Positions 1-8,188 are shown, counted from the stretch's first letter. The stretch is 45,283 nucleotides of DNA from an archaeon (GCA_037140195.1 JBAXEZ010000001.1:1-45283), one strand, 5' to 3'. Made by a program: numbers and translations. Notes: generated by a model from the letters alone, not told the origin.

Positions 1-258
1 ACTCTCAATATCTTTCAAATCATCTATTTCTTTTATAACCACATTTCTCTGCGCAAATGCAGATAAAAATTTATTTGCAAGTCTAATACTCCAATCAATT
101 CCTCTGTCATTGTAATCCGCGACTTCATTAGTTCCTTTAGATTTTCCAGACGGAGCAGACGCACTAAAAAGCCCATGATGACATTTGATGAAAACTTCTA
201 CAGTTTTTTCTTTTCTAGAATTTAGAATTGTTCTACACCACGTTCTTTCTATAAACAT
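1..258 (-). CDS. hypothetical protein, N-terminal part only (ORF runs off the left edge)
   Basis: Own translation of the minus strand from ATG at 256-258: MFIERTWCRTILNSRKEKTVEVFIKCHHGLFSASAPSGKSKGTNEVADYNDRGIDW..., open to position 1. Not in the supplied track. No family recognised. Confidence 0.35.
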   Translation of the reverse strand, partial: MFIERTWCRTILNSRKEKTVEVFIKCHHGLFSASAPSGKSKGTNEVADYNDRGIDWSIRLANKFLSAFAQRNVVIKEIDDLKDIES

Positions 259-356
259 AAATATACTACTCAAAATTGATTAATAAACCTTATCGTTTAA
301 TGAACAATCCGAGCGAGCGGAGGATTGATATAAGTGTTCTTCTTTGTTTAGAGAAA

Positions 357-377
357 TTTCTTCTTTTTAAGAAGAAA
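357..377 (-). terminator. AT-rich hairpin just 3' of the 406..1152 gene (TTTCTTCTT-TTT-AAGAAGAAA)
   Basis: Perfect 9-bp inverted repeat with a 3-nt loop, 29 nt downstream of the minus-strand stop, with T-tracts on both strands. A second hairpin CAATCC...GGATTG lies at 305-327. Confidence 0.35.
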
Positions 378-405
378 GAACTCAATAAATGTTTGGAGTG
401 CTAGT

Positions 406-1152
406 TTACGCTCTAAACCTAGTCATACAATAGTCCACTAATTCTTCATCAACAATTTGTCTTGATTCAGTTTCTGTTCGTATCATAAAAATCTTTTTAC
501 CTTCAAGATTTAAAAAAACCTTCGTGACCGCAGGATTTATTTTTATCAAACAAACAACTTTTCCGTTAAAATCTTCAAAGACAATCGATAAGTTTTTGCT
601 TAATGAATTGTAGATTTTAGACGGAAAATAAGGTCTTATAATATCATCAATAATCATTCTTTTATATCCATCCAAAGAAAAATCCTTTTCTAATTGTTTT
701 AATTTTTCTAAATCTTTTTCTATTCCGACTATTTCATAATTAGAATCGATCTTCTTTTCTCTAACTCCTATAACGAGTGTTCCTCCATCAGAATTCATTA
801 GTGCTGCAATCGACTTTGCAATAATCACTTTAGAAGTTTTTTGTTTGTAAGTGTGTAAATCATAGGATTTACTAGCGTCGATTTCTTGACTTTTATACGT
901 CAAACTCCAAAGTGCTTCTGATTTAAATTCTATTTTATAGCTTTCGCCCTTTTTCACCAAAGACTCAACCTCTGTTTTTATCTTTCCATCAATTATTTTC
1001 GTAACTCGTCCAATCTCACCCGTTTTAAGAACCACCATTAAGCCTTTACTTTCGTTTCTTCTAACACCTACTTCCTCCACCGTTCCAGAAATAGTCCGTT
1101 TGTCTCTAGTTAGAATCTCAACCTTTGTACCTCTCTTCATTTCCTCTTCCAT
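406..1152 (-). CDS. YwbE/DUF2196-like N-terminal domain fused to an AlbA_2 (Schlafen-type, divergent AAA_4) putative nucleic-acid-binding domain
   Basis: N-terminus RGTKVEILTRDKRTISGTVEEV...GLMVVLKTGEIGRVTKI fits the YwbE pattern (G.V.I...G.V...GI.V.L..G..GRV). The middle, ESYKIEFKS...IAKSIAALMNSDGGTLVIGV...YEIVGIE, fits the AlbA_2 core. Confidence 0.55.
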   Translation of the reverse strand: MEEEMKRGTKVEILTRDKRTISGTVEEVGVRRNESKGLMVVLKTGEIGRVTKIIDGKIKTEVESLVKKGESYKIEFKSEALWSLTYKSQEIDASKSYDLHTYKQKTSKVIIAKSIAALMNSDGGTLVIGVREKKIDSNYEIVGIEKDLEKLKQLEKDFSLDGYKRMIIDDIIRPYFPSKIYNSLSKNLSIVFEDFNGKVVCLIKINPAVTKVFLNLEGKKIFMIRTETESRQIVDEELVDYCMTRFRA

Positions 1153-1299
1153 CTCCGTCTAAATGGCACGTTCTATAAAAAGATATGGGACTATTCTGGC
1201 GTGAAGATTAATTGAGTACTATCTAAAAAATAAACTTTCTCTTTCAAGATCTCCTAAAATAGAGATAAAATAAAAATAAATACTTAACTATTCAGCTAA

Positions 1300-1587
1300 C
1301 TAAAAATTCTCGCTACCTGAATCGTCTTGTGGTTGCTCTTGTCTTGGCGCTCTAGGTGCTGATCCTTCTTGAGCATCTTTTCTCTTGAAGTAACACTCTC
1401 TGCAATAAACTGGCTTACCTTCTGTTGGCTTGAACGGAACTTCACATTCCTTCTTACACTCAGAGCAAGTTGCCTTATGCATTTCTCTAGGTCCATCGTT
1501 AAAGCTTCTTCTTTGACCACCGCCTCGTCCGCCGCCAAAGCCTCCTCTGCCGCCGCCAAAACTTGGTCTTCTGTTAAAACCTTCCAT
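1300..1587 (-). CDS. CxxC-x17-CxxC zinc-ribbon protein with N-terminal RGG/Gly-Arg-rich region
   Basis: FGGGRGGFGGGRGGGQRR followed by CSECKKECEVPFKPTEGKPVYCRECY (CxxC-x17-CxxC). Locally GC-rich coding stretch. Confidence 0.6.
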   Translation of the reverse strand: MEGFNRRPSFGGGRGGFGGGRGGGQRRSFNDGPREMHKATCSECKKECEVPFKPTEGKPVYCRECYFKRKDAQEGSAPRAPRQEQPQDDSGSENF

Positions 1588-1637
1588 TAGAAATCCTCCC
1601 TTGTAATTATTTTAATTTTAAAATTTGTGTTCATTAT

Positions 1638-2081
1638 TTATTCTTCAGATCCGCTATCATCGCCACTGTCTCCAGCAACTTCTTCAATTCCTTCTCCTTC
1701 TAACTCTTCCTCAACCTCTTCATCAGACTTCAAGTCCGCAACTTCCTGTGCTTTCTGTTCTTGCACAATTCCTGCAGTTTCTTCATCTGATTCAGCTTTT
1801 TCTTCACCTTCTCTTGGTTCTTTATCTTCCTTCTCCAATTCTTCAATCTTAAGTTCTTTTAATTTCTCATCTCTCTTAAGAGGCATTGGTCTATTAACTG
1901 TAATTGGTAAGACCCCGGAATCTAATTCTTTCATTGCAATTTTCAAAGGATCATAGTTAAGATTTTCTAATTCTTCGCCTTCCATTTTCATCAATAATGG
2001 TGCATCCATAGAGATTTGTAAAGATCTAGCTCCGAGAATTCTTGCTCTTTCATATTTCGAAAATTCATGTTTTTCAGGCAT
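1638..2081 (-). CDS. rpoK: DNA-directed RNA polymerase subunit K (Rpo6/Rpb6 homologue) with a long acidic C-terminal tail
   Basis: [20 protein letters not shown]...[24 protein letters not shown] matches the archaeal RpoK core. About 80 residues of E/D-rich tail follow. Confidence 0.85.
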   Translation of the reverse strand: MPEKHEFSKYERARILGARSLQISMDAPLLMKMEGEELENLNYDPLKIAMKELDSGVLPITVNRPMPLKRDEKLKELKIEELEKEDKEPREGEEKAESDEETAGIVQEQKAQEVADLKSDEEVEEELEGEGIEEVAGDSGDDSGSEE

Positions 2082-2082
2082 T

Positions 2083-2125
2083 TTACAAAACTCTCACAGA
2101 GTTTGTAAGGTTGCCCTTAGCAACC
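2083..2125 (-). promoter_or_regulatory. two adjacent hairpins between the rrp42 stop and the rpoK start
   Basis: ACAAAACTCT-CAC-AGAGTTTGT (one bulge) at 2083-2108 and GGTTGC-CCTTA-GCAACC at 2109-2125, 2-44 nt upstream of the rpoK ATG. Confidence 0.3.
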
Positions 2126-2173
2126 GCTAATTTCCCTGTGAACTCAAAATTTATTTTGTTTATTGTGAACATT

Positions 2174-2986
2174 TTAACTCCAAACTAATTTCACTATTTT
2201 TTTATTTAACTCTTTAAAATTAGACTCAACTAGGTTTAAAATCTTTTCCATATCTATTTCACTTATTCCGCCTTCCTTTCCTTTCTGCATAGCAGTAATT
2301 CTAGGTTCTCCTTTGTTATCTGCTAAAGCAATTCCTAATCTGTAATCGGAAGCTTCTTCCTCTTGTAAAGAAGGATCTAAAACAAATTGGTCTCCAACCT
2401 TATGTACTGTCAAATTGAAGGACATATTTTCTTTGATAAGTGGAACCTTAACATTACTTAATTTATGTTCTATTTTCTCTGTTTCAGCGTTATATACTGG
2501 TAATTTTGCATTAGCCAGAGCAATCAATCCTGCCAAAGCAGCAGCATCGAATAAATTACCATCATTGTTTATAGCATAAATGTCTAAAGATATTTGCCAA
2601 ACTTTCTTTCCTTCAACAATACACAATTTCTTCCAATCAATAAGTCCACTTTCTCTAATTCCTCTATCAATTACTCTTGCCATTTCAATAGCATCTATTT
2701 TCGGAGCACCTAAATCAAATTCATCATCAGCCATTGCACCTAATTCTAAAGTAACAGATAAGGTTCCTTCATCAGGACCATCTGAATAAGGCTCAATAAT
2801 AGACATTTTAACTCCTGCATAAACTTCTGTCTTTCCGAACTTAACAGCACAAGAACCTTCAGCATTTTCGCTAATTCCTAATTGAACGGAAATATCTCTC
2901 ATTTCCTCTGGTTTTCTTCCATCAAATCTCTTGCCCTGAGCTAAATATTCAATAATTCTATCTTTTTGTAATCCTGGAAGTGTCAT
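2174..2986 (-). CDS. rrp42: exosome complex component Rrp42 (RNase PH-like, non-catalytic)
   Basis: 270-aa RNase PH fold protein immediately after rrp41 in the canonical archaeal order. Starts GLQKDRIIEYLAQGKRFDGRKPEEMRDISV. Confidence 0.85.
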   Translation of the reverse strand: MTLPGLQKDRIIEYLAQGKRFDGRKPEEMRDISVQLGISENAEGSCAVKFGKTEVYAGVKMSIIEPYSDGPDEGTLSVTLELGAMADDEFDLGAPKIDAIEMARVIDRGIRESGLIDWKKLCIVEGKKVWQISLDIYAINNDGNLFDAAALAGLIALANAKLPVYNAETEKIEHKLSNVKVPLIKENMSFNLTVHKVGDQFVLDPSLQEEEASDYRLGIALADNKGEPRITAMQKGKEGGISEIDMEKILNLVESNFKELNKKIVKLVWS

Positions 2987-2987
2987 T

Positions 2988-3707
2988 TTATCCCTTTACC
3001 TCTTTACCTGGTTCTTTTAATGCTTTCATTTGAACCTCATTTATTTTTTTACATCCTGCTTTTGACATAGTAATTAATTCTCTTAATTCTGGTACTGAAA
3101 TCTTACCATCTAGCTGTAATAAAACTATCTTATTGCTTCTTGAAGTTAATGCAATAGGGACATCTGTTGGGCCTTCGCCTTCTTCAAAGTCTTCTTCTTC
3201 TTTATCAACATCAACAACAAGTGTTCTGTCCATCTTTCCAACTGCAACAGCTGCAATCATCTCTCTCATAGGTACGCCAGCCTGCGCCAAAGCCATAGCC
3301 GCTGCATTTATACCAGCTACTCTCGTTCCTGCATCGGCTTGCGGGATTTGAATAATAACATCAACTACGGAATTAGGGAAAGCATCTAAATCAACAACTT
3401 CATTCAGAGCCCATTCGCTAACTTTACTAATTTCCTGTCCTCTTCTACTATTTCCTGGTTTGATTCTATCCCAAACCGAAAAAGACATCATTTGGTAAGT
3501 AACTCTCAAAATTCCCTTTTCAGGGTTTTCCATATGTTTTGGATGTAAAAGTCTCGGTCCTCTAACAACAGCAATAGCTCTTGTCTTTCCAGATTGGTAC
3601 ATGGCAGAACCATCTGCAGAAGGCACGACCCCCACTTTAGCTATGATCGGTCTAAGTTCATCAAACTTTCTTCCATCGGATCTTTTCTTATATGCGCTTG
3701 TTACCAT
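2988..3707 (-). CDS. rrp41: exosome complex exonuclease Rrp41 (RNase PH-like)
   Basis: RSDGRKFDELRPI...ADGSAMYQSGKTRAIAVVRGP...DAGTRVAGINAAAMALAQAGVPM. Its start overlaps the rrp4 stop by 1 nt. Confidence 0.9.
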   Translation of the reverse strand: MVTSAYKKRSDGRKFDELRPIIAKVGVVPSADGSAMYQSGKTRAIAVVRGPRLLHPKHMENPEKGILRVTYQMMSFSVWDRIKPGNSRRGQEISKVSEWALNEVVDLDAFPNSVVDVIIQIPQADAGTRVAGINAAAMALAQAGVPMREMIAAVAVGKMDRTLVVDVDKEEEDFEEGEGPTDVPIALTSRSNKIVLLQLDGKISVPELRELITMSKAGCKKINEVQMKALKEPGKEVKG

Positions 3708-4453
3708 TATTGTTGTTCTCCTGGTTGTTCTTCTTGTTGATTTTCAGATGCAATTTCTGCATTTTCAAATCTTGTCTGTTTAATCTCTAATTTTAATGTA
3801 TTTTTCACGTAATCTTCTACTTTTTCAGTCAATCCAGCTAAAAAGGAATTTTCACAAACATATTCAATTATTTTTCTAGCGTTCAATTCATCTTCAATTT
3901 TATCGCCAATAACCCAAATAACTCCATTTTGTCCGACTGTAACATCACAATTTGAAGCTACCTTTATTAAGTTAACCATACTTCCTTCTTTTCCAATAAC
4001 TCTTGGAACTTTGTTTGGGTTTACATTGACTAATTGTCCGCCTTGTATTCTTCCAAAACCCCTTAATTTAACAGACAAATCAACATTTCCACCGTCAGTT
4101 CCAAAAACCTTAGCACAAACAACATCGCCAAAATCAAAATGATCTCTCAATTCTCCTCTTCCAATATATCGTGGAACTTCTGTAACGTTCAAAAATCCAT
4201 TAATATGGGAACCAAAATCAATCAACCATCCCTTAAAAGTAATTCCAACAACTGTTCCAATAATTACATTTCCTCGTCTAGGAGCATAAACTCCAGATAA
4301 TGGAATAACTCTTACAAGCTTATCGCTTACATCAGATAGTCCATATTTGCAAGCAACAATATCTTGGCCTTCTCGTCTCGCTCCATCTCCAGGTAAGAAT
4401 TCGTCGCCCTGAACAATAGTTTCGCCGGGAATAATAATTTTTCTTTCTTCCAT
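3707..4453 (-). CDS. rrp4: exosome complex RNA-binding protein Rrp4 (S1 + KH domains)
   Basis: IIPGETIVQGDEFLPGDG N-terminal domain, an S1-like middle, and a KH motif VPRVIGKEGSMVNLIK. First gene of the rrp4-rrp41-rrp42 operon. Confidence 0.9.
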   Translation of the reverse strand: MEERKIIIPGETIVQGDEFLPGDGARREGQDIVACKYGLSDVSDKLVRVIPLSGVYAPRRGNVIIGTVVGITFKGWLIDFGSHINGFLNVTEVPRYIGRGELRDHFDFGDVVCAKVFGTDGGNVDLSVKLRGFGRIQGGQLVNVNPNKVPRVIGKEGSMVNLIKVASNCDVTVGQNGVIWVIGDKIEDELNARKIIEYVCENSFLAGLTEKVEDYVKNTLKLEIKQTRFENAEIASENQQEEQPGEQQ

Positions 4454-4483
4454 TTTCTGTAATTGAAATATCCTACAAATGAG

Positions 4484-4495
4484 GGTTTAAAAAGG
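4484..4495 (-). promoter_or_regulatory. putative BRE/TATA element for the exosome operon (CCTTTTTAAACC on the minus strand)
   Basis: A/T box 31-42 nt upstream of the rrp4 ATG. The same CCTTT(T)AA core recurs upstream of other starts (26553, 26944, 38063). Confidence 0.35.
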
Positions 4496-4620
4496 TTGCT
4501 ATTGAAATTAAGTAACTTATCAATCCTTTTTACATAAATACTAAGAGTATAAAGCTTATCATGGGAATTTAGGGAGTTGTTCGATATCTCTAAGAAATTA
4601 TATTCTACGTCACCGATACG

Positions 4621-4629
4621 TTTAAAAAA
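4621..4629 (+). promoter_or_regulatory. putative TATA box (TTTAAAAAA) for 4650..5006
   Basis: Lies 21-29 nt upstream of the ATG, consistent with a leaderless or short-leader archaeal transcript. Confidence 0.3.
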
Positions 4630-4649
4630 TCTTTATCTCTAAAAACCAA

Positions 4650-5006
4650 ATGGAAAAAGATAGCTTAAGAAATCATCCTCTGAAAAAAGGAGATCTAGTT
4701 TTGCTAGTTTGGGATGTAGAAGGAGAAGGGAGAGACAACATTGCATTGCTTGGAAGTTTTTACGAATTTGTTGAGCCACAGAAACAATTTGATGAATTTA
4801 GAGGTAGCGTTTATTACCTAGGCAAACCGCACGTTCTTCCTTGTGGCATTAAAATTCCTTCAGTAGCTAATCGGTCCGGATATTTGTCAAATGACACTCA
4901 CATGGTTACTGCAGACAGAATTTACGTTGGTGAGGCGTCAGTAAAACAAGCAATTTCTCAAGATCCTGTTGTCAAAAAACTTCTAACACTTTCTATCGCC
5001 TCTTAA
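4650..5006 (+). CDS. hypothetical protein
   Basis: 118-aa ORF with an ATG start and an upstream TATA-like box. No motif recognised. Confidence 0.5.
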   Translation: MEKDSLRNHPLKKGDLVLLVWDVEGEGRDNIALLGSFYEFVEPQKQFDEFRGSVYYLGKPHVLPCGIKIPSVANRSGYLSNDTHMVTADRIYVGEASVKQAISQDPVVKKLLTLSIAS

Positions 5007-5054
5007 TTCTCGTCATTCCACAATATTTATAAACGAAAACATCCTCCGTAGGAT

Positions 5055-5534
5055 ATGGTTAAAGGGGCGAAAAAGATGGTTGATTCTAACGGAGTTCCAA
5101 AAAAGAAGAAGATGACTGCTCGTGAAAGAGAGGAATTACTGATTGAAAACTTTATTGGTCTGCAAAGAGCAATGATTAATCTATCGATGAAATTTGAAAA
5201 TTTATCCGATAACATTGCCAAATTATTAAATGTTTTTGAAGTTTCTGCAAGAGACTATATGGTAAACAAGGGAAGAACAAGTCCAGAGGTAGATCGAGAT
5301 TTAGTTAATCGAATAAATATGCTGATTGAGCAAAATAAAGCCATTATGAGTACTGTTCGTTCTATCGAGGAGAAATCAAAACAAAAACCAGAAGCATCTA
5401 AGGCACCCGTCCAAATGGTGAGCCCGCAACAAACACAAGTACCATCTACAAATATTCCCCAAGGGATGCAACAATCACAATACAATCCGTCAACCGCTCC
5501 AGCTAAACCAAAAACAATTGTCCAGACAATATGA
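5055..5534 (+). CDS. hypothetical coiled-coil protein with a Q/P-rich C-terminus
   Basis: 159-aa ORF. Its stop overlaps the next start (ATGA at 5531-5534). Confidence 0.5.
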   Translation: MVKGAKKMVDSNGVPKKKKMTAREREELLIENFIGLQRAMINLSMKFENLSDNIAKLLNVFEVSARDYMVNKGRTSPEVDRDLVNRINMLIEQNKAIMSTVRSIEEKSKQKPEASKAPVQMVSPQQTQVPSTNIPQGMQQSQYNPSTAPAKPKTIVQTI

Positions 5535-6118
5535 ACTCAATCGCAAGCAATTCTCCGATAGTTCGTGAGATGATTTTTAAGATTATTTGTGCAGGTGAAA
5601 TCGAAAACAGTTTGGATAAACATCGTATAAATAATGAAATGGTTCCTACTGTTTCACAAAAAACACATGTTCTCTCTAGAGGTTTTCAAGAGAGTACTCT
5701 AAAAATTGCTCCTACTTTAAAAACTGAGAAACCAATTCAGCAAGTTCCATTCAAAAAACCAATTGCCCCATTACAAGTACAAACCAATCATGCTCCTTTA
5801 GAAGGTTATGGGCGATTGACTAGTTTGATTAGAGACGGTTCTATTTCTACCATTGAATATCTTGGTGAAGGCCAGCCAATAAAAGTTACTCGTTTGGGAA
5901 AAGTTCAGAGTACAAACATTATTCTTTCCAAAGAAGAAGTAACTTCTCTTTTAAATTACGTTTCCGAAAGAACAAAAATTCCTGTAGCCAATAAAGTTTT
6001 CAAAGTTGCATTAGACAACATTTTATTTAACGCTGTATCTTTAGAGGAACTAGGAACACGTTTTTTAATTAAGAAAAATTTTCAAATATCTCAGGATTAC
6101 AGCGAGGCGTTTAAGTAA
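5531..6118 (+). CDS. stand-alone N-terminal domain of a FlaI/PilB-type (T2SSE family) secretion ATPase; no ATPase core
   Basis: EGYGRLTSLIRDGSISTIEYLGEGQPIKVTRLGKVQSTNIILSKEEVTSLLNYVSERTKIPV...TRFLIKKNF parallels the FlaI segment GYGKIDPLMRDPNIEDI...TNI.F.SEEEL...TFTIRKF that precedes Walker A. The ORF stops about 10 aa later. Confidence 0.4.
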   Translation: MNSIASNSPIVREMIFKIICAGEIENSLDKHRINNEMVPTVSQKTHVLSRGFQESTLKIAPTLKTEKPIQQVPFKKPIAPLQVQTNHAPLEGYGRLTSLIRDGSISTIEYLGEGQPIKVTRLGKVQSTNIILSKEEVTSLLNYVSERTKIPVANKVFKVALDNILFNAVSLEELGTRFLIKKNFQISQDYSEAFK

Positions 6119-6134
6119 TTTCTAAAAAAAATTT

Positions 6135-6518
6135 TTATCTCAGTAAGCAACCAAGTCCGTAACCTACTCCAAAAGATAATGCTTCTGCTCCTACAAAAAT
6201 GGAGGTGAATGCTGTTGTTTGTTTAATCCTATCGCTAAGTTTTACATCTCTTTTGGTTTTGCCCGGAGTGTTAATTTTTACCGCATAACAGCATAGTGCG
6301 GGGCCCGGTGCAAGAGCCATGGCGGTTCCGAATACGGGATGTTGTATTCCTCCGCTTGCCATATTATAACCTAAAATCGCAGGCCCAAGGAATGTCAATC
6401 CTATTCCCCAAACACCTTGGATACATCCTGGATGAACGTTAATTGCTCCGGTTTGTGAACCAAATCTCTCAGTAGTATTTACAGTTTCTTCAAGCGAATT
6501 TTCATATTGTTTTTCCAT
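6135..6518 (-). CDS. small Gly-rich membrane protein, MEKQYE-type N-terminus (paralogue of 12833..13396)
   Basis: Hydrophobic Gly-rich segments (GIGLTFLGPAILGYNMASGG; FVGAEALSFGVGYGLGCLL). The N-terminus MEKQYEN resembles MENQYKP of 12024 and 12833. Confidence 0.55.
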   Translation of the reverse strand: MEKQYENSLEETVNTTERFGSQTGAINVHPGCIQGVWGIGLTFLGPAILGYNMASGGIQHPVFGTAMALAPGPALCCYAVKINTPGKTKRDVKLSDRIKQTTAFTSIFVGAEALSFGVGYGLGCLLR

Positions 6519-6672
6519 ATTATCTCTAGAATTCTAAGGCAATTCCAATCCATCACCTATTCTTTAAACAGACTTCACAGTCTTATAAATCTTGTGTTTT
6601 TTATTTTGGATAGTATATCGGTCTAAAATTCAAACCCTAAACATTTTTATATCTCTCTTACATAACAAATTT

Positions 6673-6957
6673 ATGAAAGATAAAATTACCAAAGAAAGTT
6701 TAGCAAATTACAGAAAAATAACTGAAAAAGCATTTTTAATTGTAAAGAAATCTATTTTTAAAAATAAAGAAATGGATGCAAAAAAAATCTTCGAAATGGT
6801 GGGATGTTATCTTTCCGATTCAAAACATTTTGAGAAGCAAGGGGATTTAATCAACTCTTTCGGTGCAATTTATTACGCCCACGGTTGGATTGACTGCGGA
6901 GTTCGTTTAGGAATCTTTGACGTTCATGACGACAAGCTGTTTACGGTAAGGGATTAG
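6673..6957 (+). CDS. DUF357-family protein
   Basis: C-terminal FGAIYYAHGWIDCGVRLGIF fits the DUF357 signature (Y..G.lD.gvrlG). I prefer the ATG at 6673 to the TTG at 6592 used by the track. Confidence 0.55.
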   Translation: MKDKITKESLANYRKITEKAFLIVKKSIFKNKEMDAKKIFEMVGCYLSDSKHFEKQGDLINSFGAIYYAHGWIDCGVRLGIFDVHDDKLFTVRD

Positions 6958-7009
6958 TCACTTTTTAATTAAGCGTAAGGCTTAAAATACCACATTTTCT
7001 AATATTTAC

Positions 7010-7696
7010 ATGGTAAAGCACACTTGGGTAATCTCTTTGGGCGGTAGCAAGATTGTTCCGGATGATGCTGACTTGAATTTTTTACAGGATTTTAGAAGAA
7101 TTATTTTACGTTATTCCAAAGATTCAAAATTTGTAATCGTCTGTGGCGGGGGAAGTGTAGCGCGAAAATATATTAATGCTCTAAAGTCAGATAAAAAATC
7201 AGACTACTTACAAAGTCTTGTTGGAATTTCTGTAACTCGTTTAAATGCACGTTTTGTATCTTATTTGTTTGGCATTGACCCCGAAAAAGGAATCCCTACT
7301 GACATGAAAGAAGTAGAAAATATTCTAAAGAAAAATGATTTTGTTTTCTGCGGAGGATTACGTTATGCTCCCGATCAAACATCAGACACTACTGCAGCAA
7401 GATTAGCTAGCCATCTAGGCGCTAAATTCATAAATATTACTAACGTGAAAGGACTGTATACTGCAGATCCTAAGAGAGATAAATCTTCTAAATTTATAGA
7501 GTTAATCACTTGGAAAGATTTTAATTCAATGGTAAACAAAATAAAATTTAGTGCTGGTCAGCATTTCGTTCTAGATCAAAGTTCAGCAGAAGAAATTATG
7601 AAACATAAGACAACTACCTATGTAGTTGGAAATTTGAGAGAATTTGAAAAAGTCCTTTCCAATAAACCATTTGTAGGAACTACGATTTCTGGATGA
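7010..7696 (+). CDS. pyrH: uridylate (UMP) kinase, archaeal type (amino-acid kinase fold)
   Basis: VISLGGSKI...FVIVCGGGSVARKYI...GGLRYAPDQTSDTTAARLA...ITNVKGLYTADP. About 228 aa, as in archaeal PyrH. Confidence 0.8.
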   Translation: MVKHTWVISLGGSKIVPDDADLNFLQDFRRIILRYSKDSKFVIVCGGGSVARKYINALKSDKKSDYLQSLVGISVTRLNARFVSYLFGIDPEKGIPTDMKEVENILKKNDFVFCGGLRYAPDQTSDTTAARLASHLGAKFINITNVKGLYTADPKRDKSSKFIELITWKDFNSMVNKIKFSAGQHFVLDQSSAEEIMKHKTTTYVVGNLREFEKVLSNKPFVGTTISG

Positions 7697-7730
7697 AAAT
7701 TCTTAAAAATATTTTTTGTTTATAAAATTT

Positions 7731-8060
7731 CTAAATCCTCAATCCTAAATCTAAACCGACTCTTGCAGCAGGCTTAGCGATTAGTTTTGCAGCAACTAAA
7801 GCAGTTAATCCGCCAACTATTTTTGGAAAAAAATTGTCATCAACTAATTGTTGAGCAAGATAGCTTCCAGCAAAATAACCAATAGCCCCGCAAGCAATAG
7901 AAGCAAGAGCTTTCGCTCCGTTCATATACGCTCCCAATCTTTCAAATCCTTCTGAGCACAGACTTGGAGATATTTCACTCAGTCTTTTAAAATCACTAGC
8001 ACTACAATTATTTGCACTCATTTTTCTTTCAAGTTGAGCTCTTTCAATATTATATTCCAT
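7731..8060 (-). CDS. small glycine-zipper membrane protein
   Basis: ALASIACGAIGYFAGSYLA and GGLTALVAAKLIAKPAARVGLDLGL hydrophobic Gly/Ala segments. Confidence 0.5.
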   Translation of the reverse strand: MEYNIERAQLERKMSANNCSASDFKRLSEISPSLCSEGFERLGAYMNGAKALASIACGAIGYFAGSYLAQQLVDDNFFPKIVGGLTALVAAKLIAKPAARVGLDLGLRI

Positions 8061-8123
8061 AAATTATTTAGAATCTAGCGGTTTATAAATGTTACTCTTT
8101 CGTAGTAACTAAAATAAAGAAAG

Positions 8124-8159
8124 AGCTGAACTATTCAGCTACTATTTCGCAAAGCGAAA
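8124..8159 (-). terminator. two hairpins 3' of 8189..8875 (AGCTGAA-CTA-TTCAGCT; TTTCGC-AAA-GCGAAA) next to T-tracts
   Basis: Perfect 7-bp and 6-bp inverted repeats 30-65 nt downstream of the minus-strand stop, preceded on the minus strand by TTTATTTTTTATTTTT. Confidence 0.35.
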
Positions 8160-8188
8160 AAATAAAAAATAAATTTTGTTTGATTTAG

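Noticed and set aside
1286-1298. 13-mer AACTATTCAGCTA shared with 8128..8140
   Set aside because: A 13-nt match is expected by chance several times in 45 kb. Only the 8124-8140 copy forms a hairpin.
1296-1956. Track ORFs 1296..1559(-), 1369..1590(+), 1625..1852(+) and 1627..1956(+), which overlap the RGG protein and the rpoK tail
   Set aside because: These are alternative-frame or antisense shadows of low-complexity (GGN/GAR-rich) coding sequence. The RGG zinc-ribbon and RpoK frames have recognisable motifs; these do not.
6592-6672. N-terminal extensions from non-ATG (TTG) starts in the track (6592, 14955, 36386, 42307) and upstream ATGs (29332, 29579, 9001)
   Set aside because: The extensions overlap upstream genes or promoter-like A/T boxes and encode hydrophobic, low-complexity peptides. 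Internal ATGs give compact junctions and sensible N-termini.
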